Below, in pieces: positions 23,654-34,671 of a stretch of 64,000 nucleotides of DNA; within the stretch, counting starts at the first letter, position 1; each line of letters opens with the position of its first letter. Origin of the DNA: Pelomyxa schiedti (Eukaryota > Protista > Evosea); contig JAHLWZ010000455.1 of assembly GCA_020536535.1 (NCBI GenBank), positions 1 through 64,000 on the forward strand. The letters are read 5' to 3'. Both the position numbers and the translations under genes were made by a program. The notes under the pieces are model-generated. The model worked only from the letters and a program-made list of their open reading frames with translations. It was not told the DNA's origin and did no database searches.

Positions 23654-26600
23654 TTACAGGGGACTGTGGTTACTTTTTGGTGTTGGTGTTTTTACACTCA
23701 TGTGGCTGCTTTCATGGCTGTCCACGAAGCTGGACCAGTATTTGTAATTTAGTTGGATGTTGTGGAGGAGTTGTGGTATTGGGAGATAGCCATTGAACCC
23801 CTCAAAAAGAGGCTGTGCAATGATGCGAATGAAATTTGTTTGTGTTTGTGCCACTGTACGGGTTGAAGACTGGCAGCGATCCATGAATGAAGTAACCGGA
23901 AGGCCGTTCTGTTTCTCCATATCACCCTGGTAAAAGAACTCCTCTGTGAGCTTTTGAATCCAAACCTTCATCATCTCTACTGGTCTTGCCACATTGCTTA
24001 CATCCGCCATTTTTAGAATAATTTTCATAAGGAGTAGTCTTTGATCAGCAGAAGAGTCAGTATCAATACTTCCATGTTGCCTTAGAGTGTTGAACTCGCT
24101 CAGTATCTAAGGGAGGTAAATAGAAGATTGGTTCTTGGGTGTATTACTTTCCAATGTTGACCCATATCAGTGCCTGAAGAATAGTCAAAAATGCAGGTAG
24201 TTGATGGAGGTGGGGCTTACTCAGAACAAGGCTTATTACTGTGTCTCTTATTCTTTTAACTGTCGAACAATCCAGGACAGAAATAACACCACTATGAGCA
24301 AGTAAAGAAAGACCAATGTGTGCGTGGTGGTGCTCTAGAGGAGTCTGATCGTTGTAAAGCTTTGCCATACTCTGGAACGAGGAAAAGTTAGTTTATGCCG
24401 AGCCGTTACTAAAAAGGCAGACTTACAGTTTGAGCTAATATCTGAAAGTTGTTATTTAATCCCTGGAAAGGAGTATTAAATGAAGGTATTTGGCTTCTGA
24501 ACTCTGACATACAGGGTGATCAACATCATGAATTACAGCAGCTACAAGCATGGAGAAACAATCAATTGAAGTGAAGTGCAAGCTATCAGCAAACCATAAA
24601 AGAAAGCAATTCTACAAAAAATTAACAGCGACAAACGGCGTCAAAATTAGAGGGTACCACAGCTTGTACAACATCAGCAGCATGAAAGGCTTTTAGAATC
24701 AGAGCCAAATTCCATTAAGAAACGAAACAAACCTGAATGGAAAGGTACATCACGATACTTCCTTGAAACACTTTTGAAAAAGCGGTAGAGGGTTTCCAGG
24801 GATAGACCAAGCTCGTCTGCATAGCGCCTGGTTGCTGCCATGGCACAGATAGGTAAAACAGTTTCTCTTTCAGAAGAGTCAAAAAGCAGGAAAGACCACT
24901 CATCAAATTCAGTTGGAGTGAGTAAAGTACTCCTATCCAGAGCACATATTGGGCCACTTGATGCTGGGAAAGTAAGAATTGCTAGGGCAACGAATGACTT
25001 ACATGGAGCTAAAGTAAGAACATTGGAAGGTTTCGTAGGTTTCTGTTGGCCATACTCAACACGCAACCACTCTTGGGTTGCAACGTCTAAATTTCCTTTC
25101 TGGAGGTTGGGACTAAAAAAATTACCACTATAGAAATGTGAGGACCTCGAAAAAAGGAAGAGCGAGAACTTGTTGATTCCAGTAATCATCTGAGAAATAA
25201 CACCTTGCAGTCTGGACTTAGAATACAAGTCACTTGTTTGTTCCATTATTTGGTTCAGTGAACTTAAAATTTTTTCAGCTCCACTGTCAAGGTCCAAGTG
25301 GCCAGGAATTTCCAGTGCAGAATGCATTTCGACTGAGACATTTGCCACACGGTTGATGATGACAAATGTTATGACCATCAAAAAGCCAACAGCAATACAA
25401 AGCGTGGACAATGATATCGCTATGGTGCGAGTTGTGTTAGCTTGCAGATCGGCAGTGAATTCCTCTCCTGAGAGAGCTACAAACATGCTCCAGTTGGGGT
25501 AAAGACTGAGGGAATGTGAGATAAATGCTCAAGGAAAGTCAGAAATGAGTACCTCTGATCCAAAGGATAGATACTTGCGTAGACTGGACTGGACATTACA
25601 CCTCCTGAAGGTAACTCCCTTTGTTCAGTTTCATGAAATTCCAGGGGATAAGACAAATTTAATTTTGCCACTATCCGGGAAATCGTCGGATCATCACAGT
25701 TTGAGATTTGAGTCAAGTTGCTGGTTATGTCACCACTCGACGAACAAGGCTCTGAAGAAGCAAGAACAAGCCCATTGTTGTCGCAAATGAAAGCAACGGA
25801 ATCTGACGATATTTCAGAGACTGCGTTCAAGAAGTCTGATACATGACCAATAACAACATCCTTTGCACATAATAAGGGAGGACAATAATACCAGTGAAGT
25901 ACACACAGCGCCAAATACTCCCATATAGACGTCACCTATGAAAACAGGAGCCCAGAACGTAATTATACACTCGGTGAGGTTGTATGAGGTCACTTCCAAG
26001 GAAGTCGAATCGGCCCAGGAACCAGAGTCAAGGTACTCAGGCAGCCATTCGAAAACCTCATACACACCTTTATTTCATTGTTTATTTTGTAAGAACAAAA
26101 AGAAACAGGACTACCCATGTCTGTGTAATTGTACGGATAGGAGGCGTTTTCTCCAGTTTCGTCAAGGAGCCACTCCATTTGGTTAGTAAAAGTGCCATCT
26201 GTATTTAATAGCACCTCCTTGATAAAATTGAGTTCATATACACGGGAAGGAACGAAATCAACCTGTCGATACACTTTGCCAACAATCTCGTCGTATGAAA
26301 GACATGTCATTTCTCCCTCTACCGACGCCCAGTATACATATCGGCAGGTATGGAATGGGTCCAAACGAGCAGTCAAATCAAATAACCACTGTTGAATGGT
26401 AGAGAAGTTCGGCATTTCAGATGTACTATTTCCCGTCTCGCTCGTTGAATTGAGTGCGGCCCAGTCAGTAGAAATGAATGTCATAGTAGAGGCCGATTGT
26501 AAAAATGCAGTACTGTGGGAACTATTAGTAGAGGCATACAAAGGATTTTAGAACGTTTTGACAAATATGGTGCCACATAAGGTATCAGCCAATGGTCTTA

Positions 26601-27256
26601 ATACACTATTTACACTGGAAACTCCAGACCGCGAAGCAACGAAAATAGGGACAACGACTGCATTTTATTAGTTAAAATAAAGAATGCCACTGGAACATCT
26701 CCAGTTAAACTGGGAAAAAATCGGGCTGCAAGAAGACACCAGAAAAAAGAATCACAACAGAAATCGAGAGGCCCAAAAAAGCCTTCAATCCCAGAGACGC
26801 TCGCTTCCATTTTGTAACTTTTTTTTCCGTAGATCTCGCGCCGGCCTCACTTGCAACATACGATGGCCCAGGGCTCCCTTTAATCTCAATAGATCTTGTC
26901 GACACACGGCCGGTGTTTGTCTCACCATCACCGCCGGGCATTTTAATTGTTACTGTTTTCGCCTCCCAAAAAAGGTTCGGATTTCGTTGGCGTTTCAACA
27001 GCTGCTCAACGATGTTAGGTCAAATCTTGCCACTTTTGTTGATTAGTTCTTGATTATTGATTGTACGAGATGAAATTGCAATGAACTCTTCGGGCGTTAC
27101 TGAGGCGATAGCAGCAATTGGTGCTCTCAAGGCGGCGGCGCCCGTGCCCCGCCGGTGGGGCATGTACCATGGCGTCCTCGTGGGATCACGCGCGGCCGCG
27201 CTCAGAGCACCAAAATTGAGGCCACCGGACAAATCTGCTGATTGGGACGTCATCAT
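23654..27256 (-). CDS. Membrane-anchored class I cyclic-nucleotide phosphodiesterase with a TM-flanked extracellular (Cache-like) region
   Basis: PDEase motifs PFH, AAVIHDVDHPGLNN, LYNDQTPLEHHH, KMADVSN, EEFFYQGDMEK; hydrophobic segments (FLGLSISVVILFSGVFL; TIAISLSTLCIAVGFLMVITFVII) bracketing an N-glycosylation-rich domain. Confidence 0.85.
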
Positions 27257-27810
27257 GTGGTGTGTGCACGGAAATTTTGCGTTTTAGGTTTTGTTTTTTT
27301 CAATATTGATGTAGCTTAGGCCTTCTGATCTTGTGGAGGCTTTATCTAGGGGTAACACCAGCACAGGAAAAAGTAACGCACTCAAGTGTGTCAGTTGCAC
27401 AGTACGTTCGCCAGTTCGTGTCATAAATTCAAACACAACTACTGGAGTGGGCAATGGTTCGCCCACTACAGTTTTTGTCGGTGCAGCCGTGGCGCTCTTT
27501 GTTGATAACTTCAAGTTTGATATTGAGGTTCCTGATTCCGGGGACTGCTCGGCCGCATTGATCCTTGGTTGTGGAATTTTTTTACTTACGCGAATTTGAC
27601 ACCACCACAGAAGCTGTGGCAAGCGGGAGTAAAACTGCTGACCAGGCTTTCCTTCCTTTTGTGGGGATTGTTCTCGTTCCTCATATCTCAATTCTTGCAG
27701 CAATCAAGCGGTCTCACCTGCATTTGGGCATTGACTGGAAAAAACATTTCGCCGATTACTGCTCCTTATTGAGGTGACTATTTCCTTTGAAGCGCAATTC
27801 ATAACAAGTT

Positions 27811-28992
27811 ATGTGTAGCTACCAGAACCAGACCACGTTTGGGGAAAAAGAAATGGAGATCATTGCGAGGCGCAGCCTTGAACACAATGCCATTCATCAC
27901 ATTGATTTATCTGCGAGGACTGATCACCTTTGTCTCACAGAGAGTGACTTCCGGCACATGGAAGATGACACTTCACGGATCAAAGCAATTTGCCGATTAT
28001 TGAACAAAAACGCAGAGGAAGTGTTGGAGGAAATATGCACAAGCGGACCAATGTGGTTAAGCGGTTTCATATTACAGAACACTACAGCCCTAGTGAGTGA
28101 AATACTCTCTGTGAGTAATAACGAGATCGCGGCTTCTACAGAAGCCCAGCCCTTGTTCGAGTCGTTCCCTCATTTCATCAATGAACTTATACTAAGGCAA
28201 TTAAATTCTGTAGATCTACGACAGTGTTCCTGTGTTTGCGCAAGGTGGCACAACATTCTGTCTGCATCAAATATCTCTCTGTGGCAAAATCTGTGCGCCT
28301 ACCATGGCTGGAATGACTTACTCTCTTCACAATTCGAATTCACTAGTCCATGTCAACATAAGCTCCTTTACTTCAGTGCCTGGGATACTATACTCGCACT
28401 AAGGAAACAACCTGCCGCCCCTATTTCACCTATGCACTGGAAAACTGACCAGTTGGCGCTACTGACATACACAATTCGGGCAAGAGGTGCTAAATCTGTT
28501 TATACAAACCTGTCAATATTACGAGGTCAGATTGTGACTCCTTCTGCATTTCGACTAGATGCAAACAAAACCCTAGAGAAACTACTCAACAGTGTCACAG
28601 TAGTTAATGTCACTGACCAAAAGACTGGGAACCCCCATAAATTCCAGGCCACAATGAAATCCGCTTATGGAATGTTCTTTATGAACATCAAACAAGGTGT
28701 GAAGCACAATTCCCGAGGTGATGAGTGGCCTGCCAAAGAGGTAGCACTCAAGCAACTCGCTTCCAGTAAGAAAAAACAATGCTTCTTCTGGAATGCAGAT
28801 ACCATGCCCAACCACAATGAATCAAAACCGTGGAGTGATGAGGATTCAATGCTATTCTCTCGACTACCTGTGAGTCTTGTGACTGGGCTTACACTTGTTC
28901 TTATGCCGCCAGTGTACTCCTCTGAAGTGAGGCAATTCGCACTCCACAACCTTTCTCCCAGACAATACCTCATCCACTATAAGTTGTACTGA
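27811..28992 (+). CDS. F-box protein (single 393-codon exon; probably extended 5' by exons at ~27320-27780)
   Basis: F-box motif FESFPHFINELILRQLNSVDLRQCSCVCARWHNIL; C-terminal domain not recognised. Confidence 0.7.
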   Translation: MCSYQNQTTFGEKEMEIIARRSLEHNAIHHIDLSARTDHLCLTESDFRHMEDDTSRIKAICRLLNKNAEEVLEEICTSGPMWLSGFILQNTTALVSEILSVSNNEIAASTEAQPLFESFPHFINELILRQLNSVDLRQCSCVCARWHNILSASNISLWQNLCAYHGWNDLLSSQFEFTSPCQHKLLYFSAWDTILALRKQPAAPISPMHWKTDQLALLTYTIRARGAKSVYTNLSILRGQIVTPSAFRLDANKTLEKLLNSVTVVNVTDQKTGNPHKFQATMKSAYGMFFMNIKQGVKHNSRGDEWPAKEVALKQLASSKKKQCFFWNADTMPNHNESKPWSDEDSMLFSRLPVSLVTGLTLVLMPPVYSSEVRQFALHNLSPRQYLIHYKLY

Positions 28993-29657
28993 GACCCATT
29001 CTACTCCAATGCTCCCTCCCATTTTAGACGAAATCGACCCTTTTTTTCCTCCCCTTTCCAGGTGGTACAGGAACCACCTTTGCCATCATCTGTACTAAGG
29101 GGTGGGCACGTCTACGACAACAGCCCTCCCACCACTACCCTCTATTGCTGTAACAATACAAAATAACAGACGTTTCTTTCTTTTTCTTTCATAACAACAA
29201 ATGTGTTGTGCTTGGAGGGAGGTATTTTAGGTACCTTTTAATTTATCCCAAAAATCTTGTTTCCACTTTTTATTTCCCCACATAGGCCACGTCCCTGTTG
29301 CTTTATTCCCAGAACCAAAGAGTGACAGCCTGAGGAAGGCAGTGCATTCCAGATACTAAGGTTACCTCACCTTATCACAGTTTTGACATTGCCTGTGGAT
29401 GCTTGAAGGAAAGATGTCCAGGAGGGGAGCCACCAAACCCGGTGTCCAGCCAGTACCTCCCACCACATGAAACAATTGAAGAAGCCTTCTGATCCTCTAT
29501 TCCCGGCCTTCCGGCAGTCATTCCAGAATGTGGCTTTCAGCAGTTGTATGTCCCCACACTTGGAACACCACCACAGTTTGTGTGCTCATAAATCCCGCCA
29601 ATACGCCTGTCTCCAAGGGAATCAGCTTTGATATGTGTTGATCTTCACCTGCAGAGA

Positions 29658-30352
29658 ATGAGCCGAGACGCCCCCGCAAGCACCAACACGCGCACTGACG
29701 TTCTAGAGAGCCTGTTGGCCCGCAAGATCTCGGCCTCTCCTCGTGTGTTCGTGCCCAGGCCGCACAGGCACCGCTTCTATCCGGCCGACAAAGTCTGGTT
29801 CACTCAAGTGGCCCTGTGTATCCTAGCAGAGGTAAGGTGTCGTATGACAAAAAGGGGGAGCGGTGAATAAATAAAAAGATAAGAAACACAATGCGGTGCA
29901 GTCAGCGAACAACAAGCAACCCCCCACCCCACCCCACCCACCTCAATTTTTTCGTGGCACCGCTTGCACAGGCCCTCGTTCGTGGCATCGCTATGATCGC
30001 CCGTGTCCTCTGTTATTGATACACCCAACAGGAGAAAAGAGCTCTCAGACGACAGACAAGAGAACAAGCACAAGAAGCACAAGGGGAAAGTGGCTTGGGC
30101 GTTGGTGGTGGGGAGAGTGTCATGCCCGCTGGGCCATTTGCTGAAGTGTCACTGTACATCACTTTGGAAATTCTGGAACAGCTGGCACGGCTGCTATGCA
30201 GAATGGGCAGGCATCCACCAACACCCTCAAGGCAGGAGTTGTTGCAAAGGCAGACCTCAACTGTAATTGACAGGGTTGCAATTATGACTACAAAGATACG
30301 TGGTAGAGGGGTGGACGAGGAGGAGGAAACCAATGACGAGGAGTGGGAATAA
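29658..30352 (+). CDS. Small hypothetical protein (2-3 exons)
   Basis: Exon 1 of 58 codons ending at GAG|GTAAGG (29832); acceptor at 29971; same-frame downstream exon ending in acidic DEEEETNDEEWE*. Confidence 0.45.
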
Positions 30353-30410
30353 TAAGATATGTTTTGACAGTTTAGCTATCCAAAAAAAAAAAAAAGAACC
30401 CCACCACAGC

Positions 30411-32905
30411 TTACTCAGTGTGGAATATGTCAGCTGTGCTCTCGTCTGGAACAAGGCACCACTCTCTATCAAGGGCTCCCACGGCCGCCGCTGTGCTACT
30501 CCGGGCTGAGGCAACTTCATCCCCCATCACTTTAGCCACTTGGTTGAAGAGTGGGTAGTCAACGTTCTCAAAGAGAAGCTTGAGTGCGGCCGTTATTGGA
30601 ACGCTAAGAACAGCACCCGTGATTCCCCACACAACTCCCCAGAACACAAGGGCTACAACAACTGTTTTGGGGGCACGTTAGAATGTAGGTATCAGATATA
30701 AAAAGAAATAAGAAAAAAAAATTCAATGGGACCTGTAATAGGGTGCAGTTCCATGGCTTTGCCAAGAACTTTGGGCTCCACAAAATTGCCAATTATCATA
30801 TCTTGGATAGGTTATGCATTTGGTTGTTTGTGGAACTTCAATACGTATGGTTCCAGGTAATGCAATAACCAAGATAACAGAGGACCACCCTTTAGTGGGA
30901 TCCAGAATAACAATAGGAAGTGGCAATCTAAGGGCATAAAAATTAAAGGAAAGATGGAGCCAAGGAAACATACAATAGGGCAATGAATGGACCAACATTT
31001 GGGATAAAGTTCAGGAAAAAGCTAAGAAGCCCGAAAATAAGGGGAATATCCACTTCAAGCCAGAAAAGCAAACCCCCAGTTATCAGACCAACTGTGAGAG
31101 ATATCACAACCTGGGAAAAATCTCAACAAAAAACATAATTAGGGGTAAACTGACCTTCACTGTAGGGACGTTGGAATCCAAAAAAAAAGGAAAGAAACTC
31201 TTAAGAAGAAGAGTATAATCTAATTTCTACATACCTATTATATATTGTCGTATCTGTGTGTCAACTCGTTCGTGCAAGTCCCCAACATCTGACACAAGGG
31301 GAAGAGATACATGCCCATAAAGCATATATACAAGAAATAGAAAGAGTAAAATGGTGTCAGAGACTGCATGTGGTTAGTACCAACCACTTCTGGGAATGGA
31401 AACAATACCAAAGCCATAGAAATTATTTGCAAATGACATTAGTAGGGCTGAAAATCCAACTTCAGCTTTTAGCTTACCAAAAATTCCTAGTACACAGTCA
31501 CTTAATAAATGCTGCTGATGTCAAACAACAAACCTGCTACGTCACTGTCATATCCATGAGCTTCAAGCCATGTGGAGGTGTGGTTGAGAATTTCGTGAGC
31601 TCTATCAAGATAGACATCAGATTTCTTTTTAAATATCAGCTTTGACCACAGGGTATGGTGGGAACCTTCATTAACTGGTTTATGGATACAGAAACAAGTA
31701 ATCCAAATGCAATAATAACCATCAAGGCTACAAGAAGGGATACAGTTACAGCAATCCAGTGAGGAAGACGCCCAAACAAGAGGAACTGTCAAATATACTT
31801 TAGTTCCTTGAATATTCACATGGTAAGATTTGAAAAGGAAGACGTTAATTATATGTGTTACAATACTTGTCTGCATGAATCTCCACAACAACGGCAAGAA
31901 GTTCCCCCTTGCCTGCAACAAAGGGAGCATGGTCGTGACCCCACATGCAACCATTTGACAATGGGATCCAATACATATTGTAAAAACTGGAGCCAATAAG
32001 GAAGGGAACAACAGGTTTCTGTTGAGAAAAACCTTGGCAAGAACCAGAGGAACAAGCACAAAACGTAGGTACAGTAGCATGGAACCTCAAATGCCAGTGC
32101 GATTACTTCAAAGTGAAAAGGAAGAAAGATAAAAAGAAAGAAAACAAAGACTATGAGAGAAAGCAAGAGAGAACCCCAACAACGAATAGTAGAAACGCAA
32201 AACGCAATAATACTAATTATAGGGAGGTAAGCTGGCAGGACTACCAATTGCAGCAATTGCAAGGATCAAAAGGCAAACCAAAATGAGTTGTTTTCTCACA
32301 GCCTCCTGCCTCGAAATCTTGTCCTCAAGCGGTGCCGTCGCGTCGCGGAAAATTTTCCCGAAGCTACCACCACTCAGCAGCCCAGCGTTCTTCGTACAAC
32401 AGCACCCCGCGTGTCCCGACGACGACTCCCCCCTGTTGTTGCTACTGCGGCTCCTTCTTCTCGACGACGACGACGGAGGCGGCGGCTCCCCGCCCTCCTC
32501 AGGCGACAATTCTTGATGGTGGTGGTGCTGCTGCTGCGTCGTCGCGTGAGCGGGAGGCGAAAGGGGCGAGGAGGACGAAGGGGGCGGAGAGGGTGACAGG
32601 GACGAGGGCGGCCAGCCGACGCCGTCGCCGTCGGGGGAGGAGGAGGAGGCGGCTGTTTGGTTGGTCGTGGTGGCAGTGGTCGCGGAGCCGGATTGTGGGA
32701 AAAGCACTACCGCCGATTGCTGCAACAAAGGCGAACGGTCAGTGCCCGCATCGTGCGCTGTGCTCATATTTTTCGTCAAATTGGTGAACTCATCTCTTAA
32801 GAAGTCCACGCACATGGGAAAGTCCACTCGAAGGTGTTCTTCTTTGGGCCGTTTGTGCCCGTGCAGGGGCCTCCCATCAACGATTTCCTCAGACCCCAGC
32901 GGCAT
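30411..32905 (-). CDS. AI-2E (PerM/UPF0118) family membrane transporter with long low-complexity N-terminus
   Basis: Multiple TM exons; FVLVPLV, YVLDPIVKWL near the start of the membrane domain; C-terminal FWGVVWGITGAVLSVPITAALK signature. Confidence 0.78.
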
Positions 32906-32960
32906 CTGAGGCAATCAAAAGGCTGTTACAACGAAGACTGCGGGAAAGTGTGAGTTGGTG

Positions 32961-33951
32961 ATGCCGTTGTTTCGGGAGGATGCGCTGATCTATGGAGTGA
33001 TGAGATACCCGTGCGCGGCGGGGGCGTGTGCGTTGTGTTTGGGGATATTTCTTTACCAGCTGGCGAAGTCTGTGCCTGTGCACTCTGTGGCGCTCTCCTA
33101 CGAAAGTAAAGTTTTTTTTTTTTTTCCTCAATTCATTGCATTACCGTTCATATATGTTCTTGCATTTAAATGCTCTCAGTGTAGGTGTCGTGGAGAAGTT
33201 TGAGTTTTGGAGGGTGGTGAGTGGTTCACTGTCTCACGCGGGAGTTCTTCACGTGGCGTTTAATGTGTCATCGCTCTGGGCTTTGGCTGCTGTTGAGCCT
33301 ATTCTAGGACATCTTACTTATTTGAGAGTATCTTTCTTTCTGCTGTTTTCTTCAATATCTCTCACTATGCTATGCTACCACGTCATGGTATTCTTTTTTC
33401 TGACCTTGCCAGTTTTAACTTGGTGAACCAGATATTTAGATACGGATGGGAACACTACCGAACTGGTTTAGCAGTTGGTTACTCCTGGTTGTCTCTGTCT
33501 TCACATTTGTGTCATTAACCAACAGAAACCTAGTGTCGTTTTTGGTATTATGACAATAGCACATCAGATGCACCCCGCTGGTGCCTTGATGCTTTTTGGT
33601 CTGCGAATTCCTTTTTCGTTATTGCCACTGGGCTCTCTCATTCTTACCACCATACTGATTCCGCAAGCCAGTTTCATTGTGTGTATGAAGATATTGTACT
33701 GACCGTTAACCAAACTAACTTAGGGTCACACATCAGGCTTGATACTTGGTTACATGTACTCATTCGGCTTCTTCCGTTGGTTTGACACTGGAACATTTTT
33801 CTTGTCCCTATCATGGTAAGTACCCACTGAGCCCTTGTTAAGTACCAACAATACAAGGTGCACTATTGCCGGTCTATGGACACTTAAAAAATCACATCCA
33901 AACCTAATACCGAACCGAATCCTACAGCAACCAACCACCACCAATGTGTAG
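32961..33951 (+). CDS. Rhomboid-family intramembrane serine protease (RHBDL4/RBL-like)
   Basis: FWR loop motif, HAGVLHVAFN, AVGYS (catalytic Ser), PQASFIGH (catalytic His). Confidence 0.85.
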
Positions 33952-34087
33952 ATAACACCAAAAGTTTTAGAAATTTGTTTATACTGTCTTTCCTGTGGAA
34001 TTATTAGCCCGAAGGTCTTGGGTATCTAAGTCCGGCAAACACCGTTCTTCGTTGCAAAATGTTGGAAATTGTTTTTAAATTTTTAAA

Positions 34088-34250
34088 GAGAGGGTGGCGA
34101 TGATCGCCTGCCCTCAACTTGACAGAAATTGTGTACTAGGAATCCCCTTGCGGAGACCCATACCGGAGCTTCGCCTTAGAGTGCAAAGGGCAAAGCTCCG
34201 ACACACGCAACACCCTTAATGATCAGTGAGCGTGAGTACCAGGTAAGTAT
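34088..34250 (-). ncRNA. U1: U1 spliceosomal snRNA, canonical copy
   Basis: 5' AUACUUACCUG; helix H GUAC/GUAC; SL1 loop GAUCAUUAAG (U1-70K); 12-bp SL2 with UUGCAC (U1A); SL3 with GCAA tetraloop; Sm site AAUUUCUG; terminal SL4; ~163 nt. Confidence 0.95.
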
Positions 34251-34303
34251 GAAAGACTTCCTCTGTTGGCCCCCGCGCTGGACTAACCCGCTCCCAAACC
34301 AAA

Positions 34304-34312
34304 TATTATGGG
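34304..34312 (-). promoter_or_regulatory. Upstream sequence element (CCCATAATA, DUSE-like) of canonical U1
   Basis: First C is 62 nt upstream of the U1 5' end; matches the Dictyostelium-type [A/T]CCCA[C/T]AA element at about -60. Confidence 0.75.
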
Positions 34313-34323
34313 TGCAAAAACTT

Positions 34324-34332
34324 CCCATAATA
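34324..34332 (+). promoter_or_regulatory. Upstream sequence element (CCCATAATA, DUSE-like) of variant U1
   Basis: Identical 9-mer in inverted orientation; first C is 60 nt upstream of the variant U1 5' end. Confidence 0.75.
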
Positions 34333-34383
34333 CCGAGCCGAAAACCCCCTCCAAAACCGAGGGGGACAACAATATTCAAACTC

Positions 34384-34542
34384 ATACATACCTGACTGTG
34401 CGCACCCTTGATCATCAAGGAGTGGTGTGCTGTTGTGATGCTGTGCCTGCACTCTGCACAGTGTCTCGGCATGGAATCCCGAAAGGGATATCCAGCAGTG
34501 TAATTTTTGTTTAGCGGAGTTTGCGTCTTGCGCAAACTCCTT
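34384..34542 (+). ncRNA. U1-like snRNA variant (5' AUACAUACCUG)
   Basis: Helix H ACUG/CAGU; SL1 GCGCACC/GGUGUGC with GAUCAUCAAG; SL2 GAUGCUGUGC/GCACAGUGUC with loop CUGCACUCU; SL3 AUCCC-GAAA-GGGAU; Sm site AAUUUUUG; 10-bp SL4 GGAGUUUGCG/CGCAAACUCC; ~159 nt. Confidence 0.9.
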
Positions 34543-34671
34543 CTGTCAAATTCAAAGACAAATAAATGTGGAGGGGATGGGCATGTGTTCAACAGCTCCA
34601 GCTAAAAAGTGCTTTTTTTTTTTTTAACCACAACAGGATATGCCAAATGGGTGTATACAGCGGAGAAAGAG

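Noticed and set aside
29000-29620. Splice-like signals and short frames downstream of the F-box ORF
   Set aside because: No open frame could be assembled; may be UTR.
32283-32909. Several long plus-strand ORFs antisense to GC-rich exons (also 11666-12191, 14593-15165, 56093-56530)
   Set aside because: Shadow ORFs of GC-rich low-complexity coding exons on the other strand.
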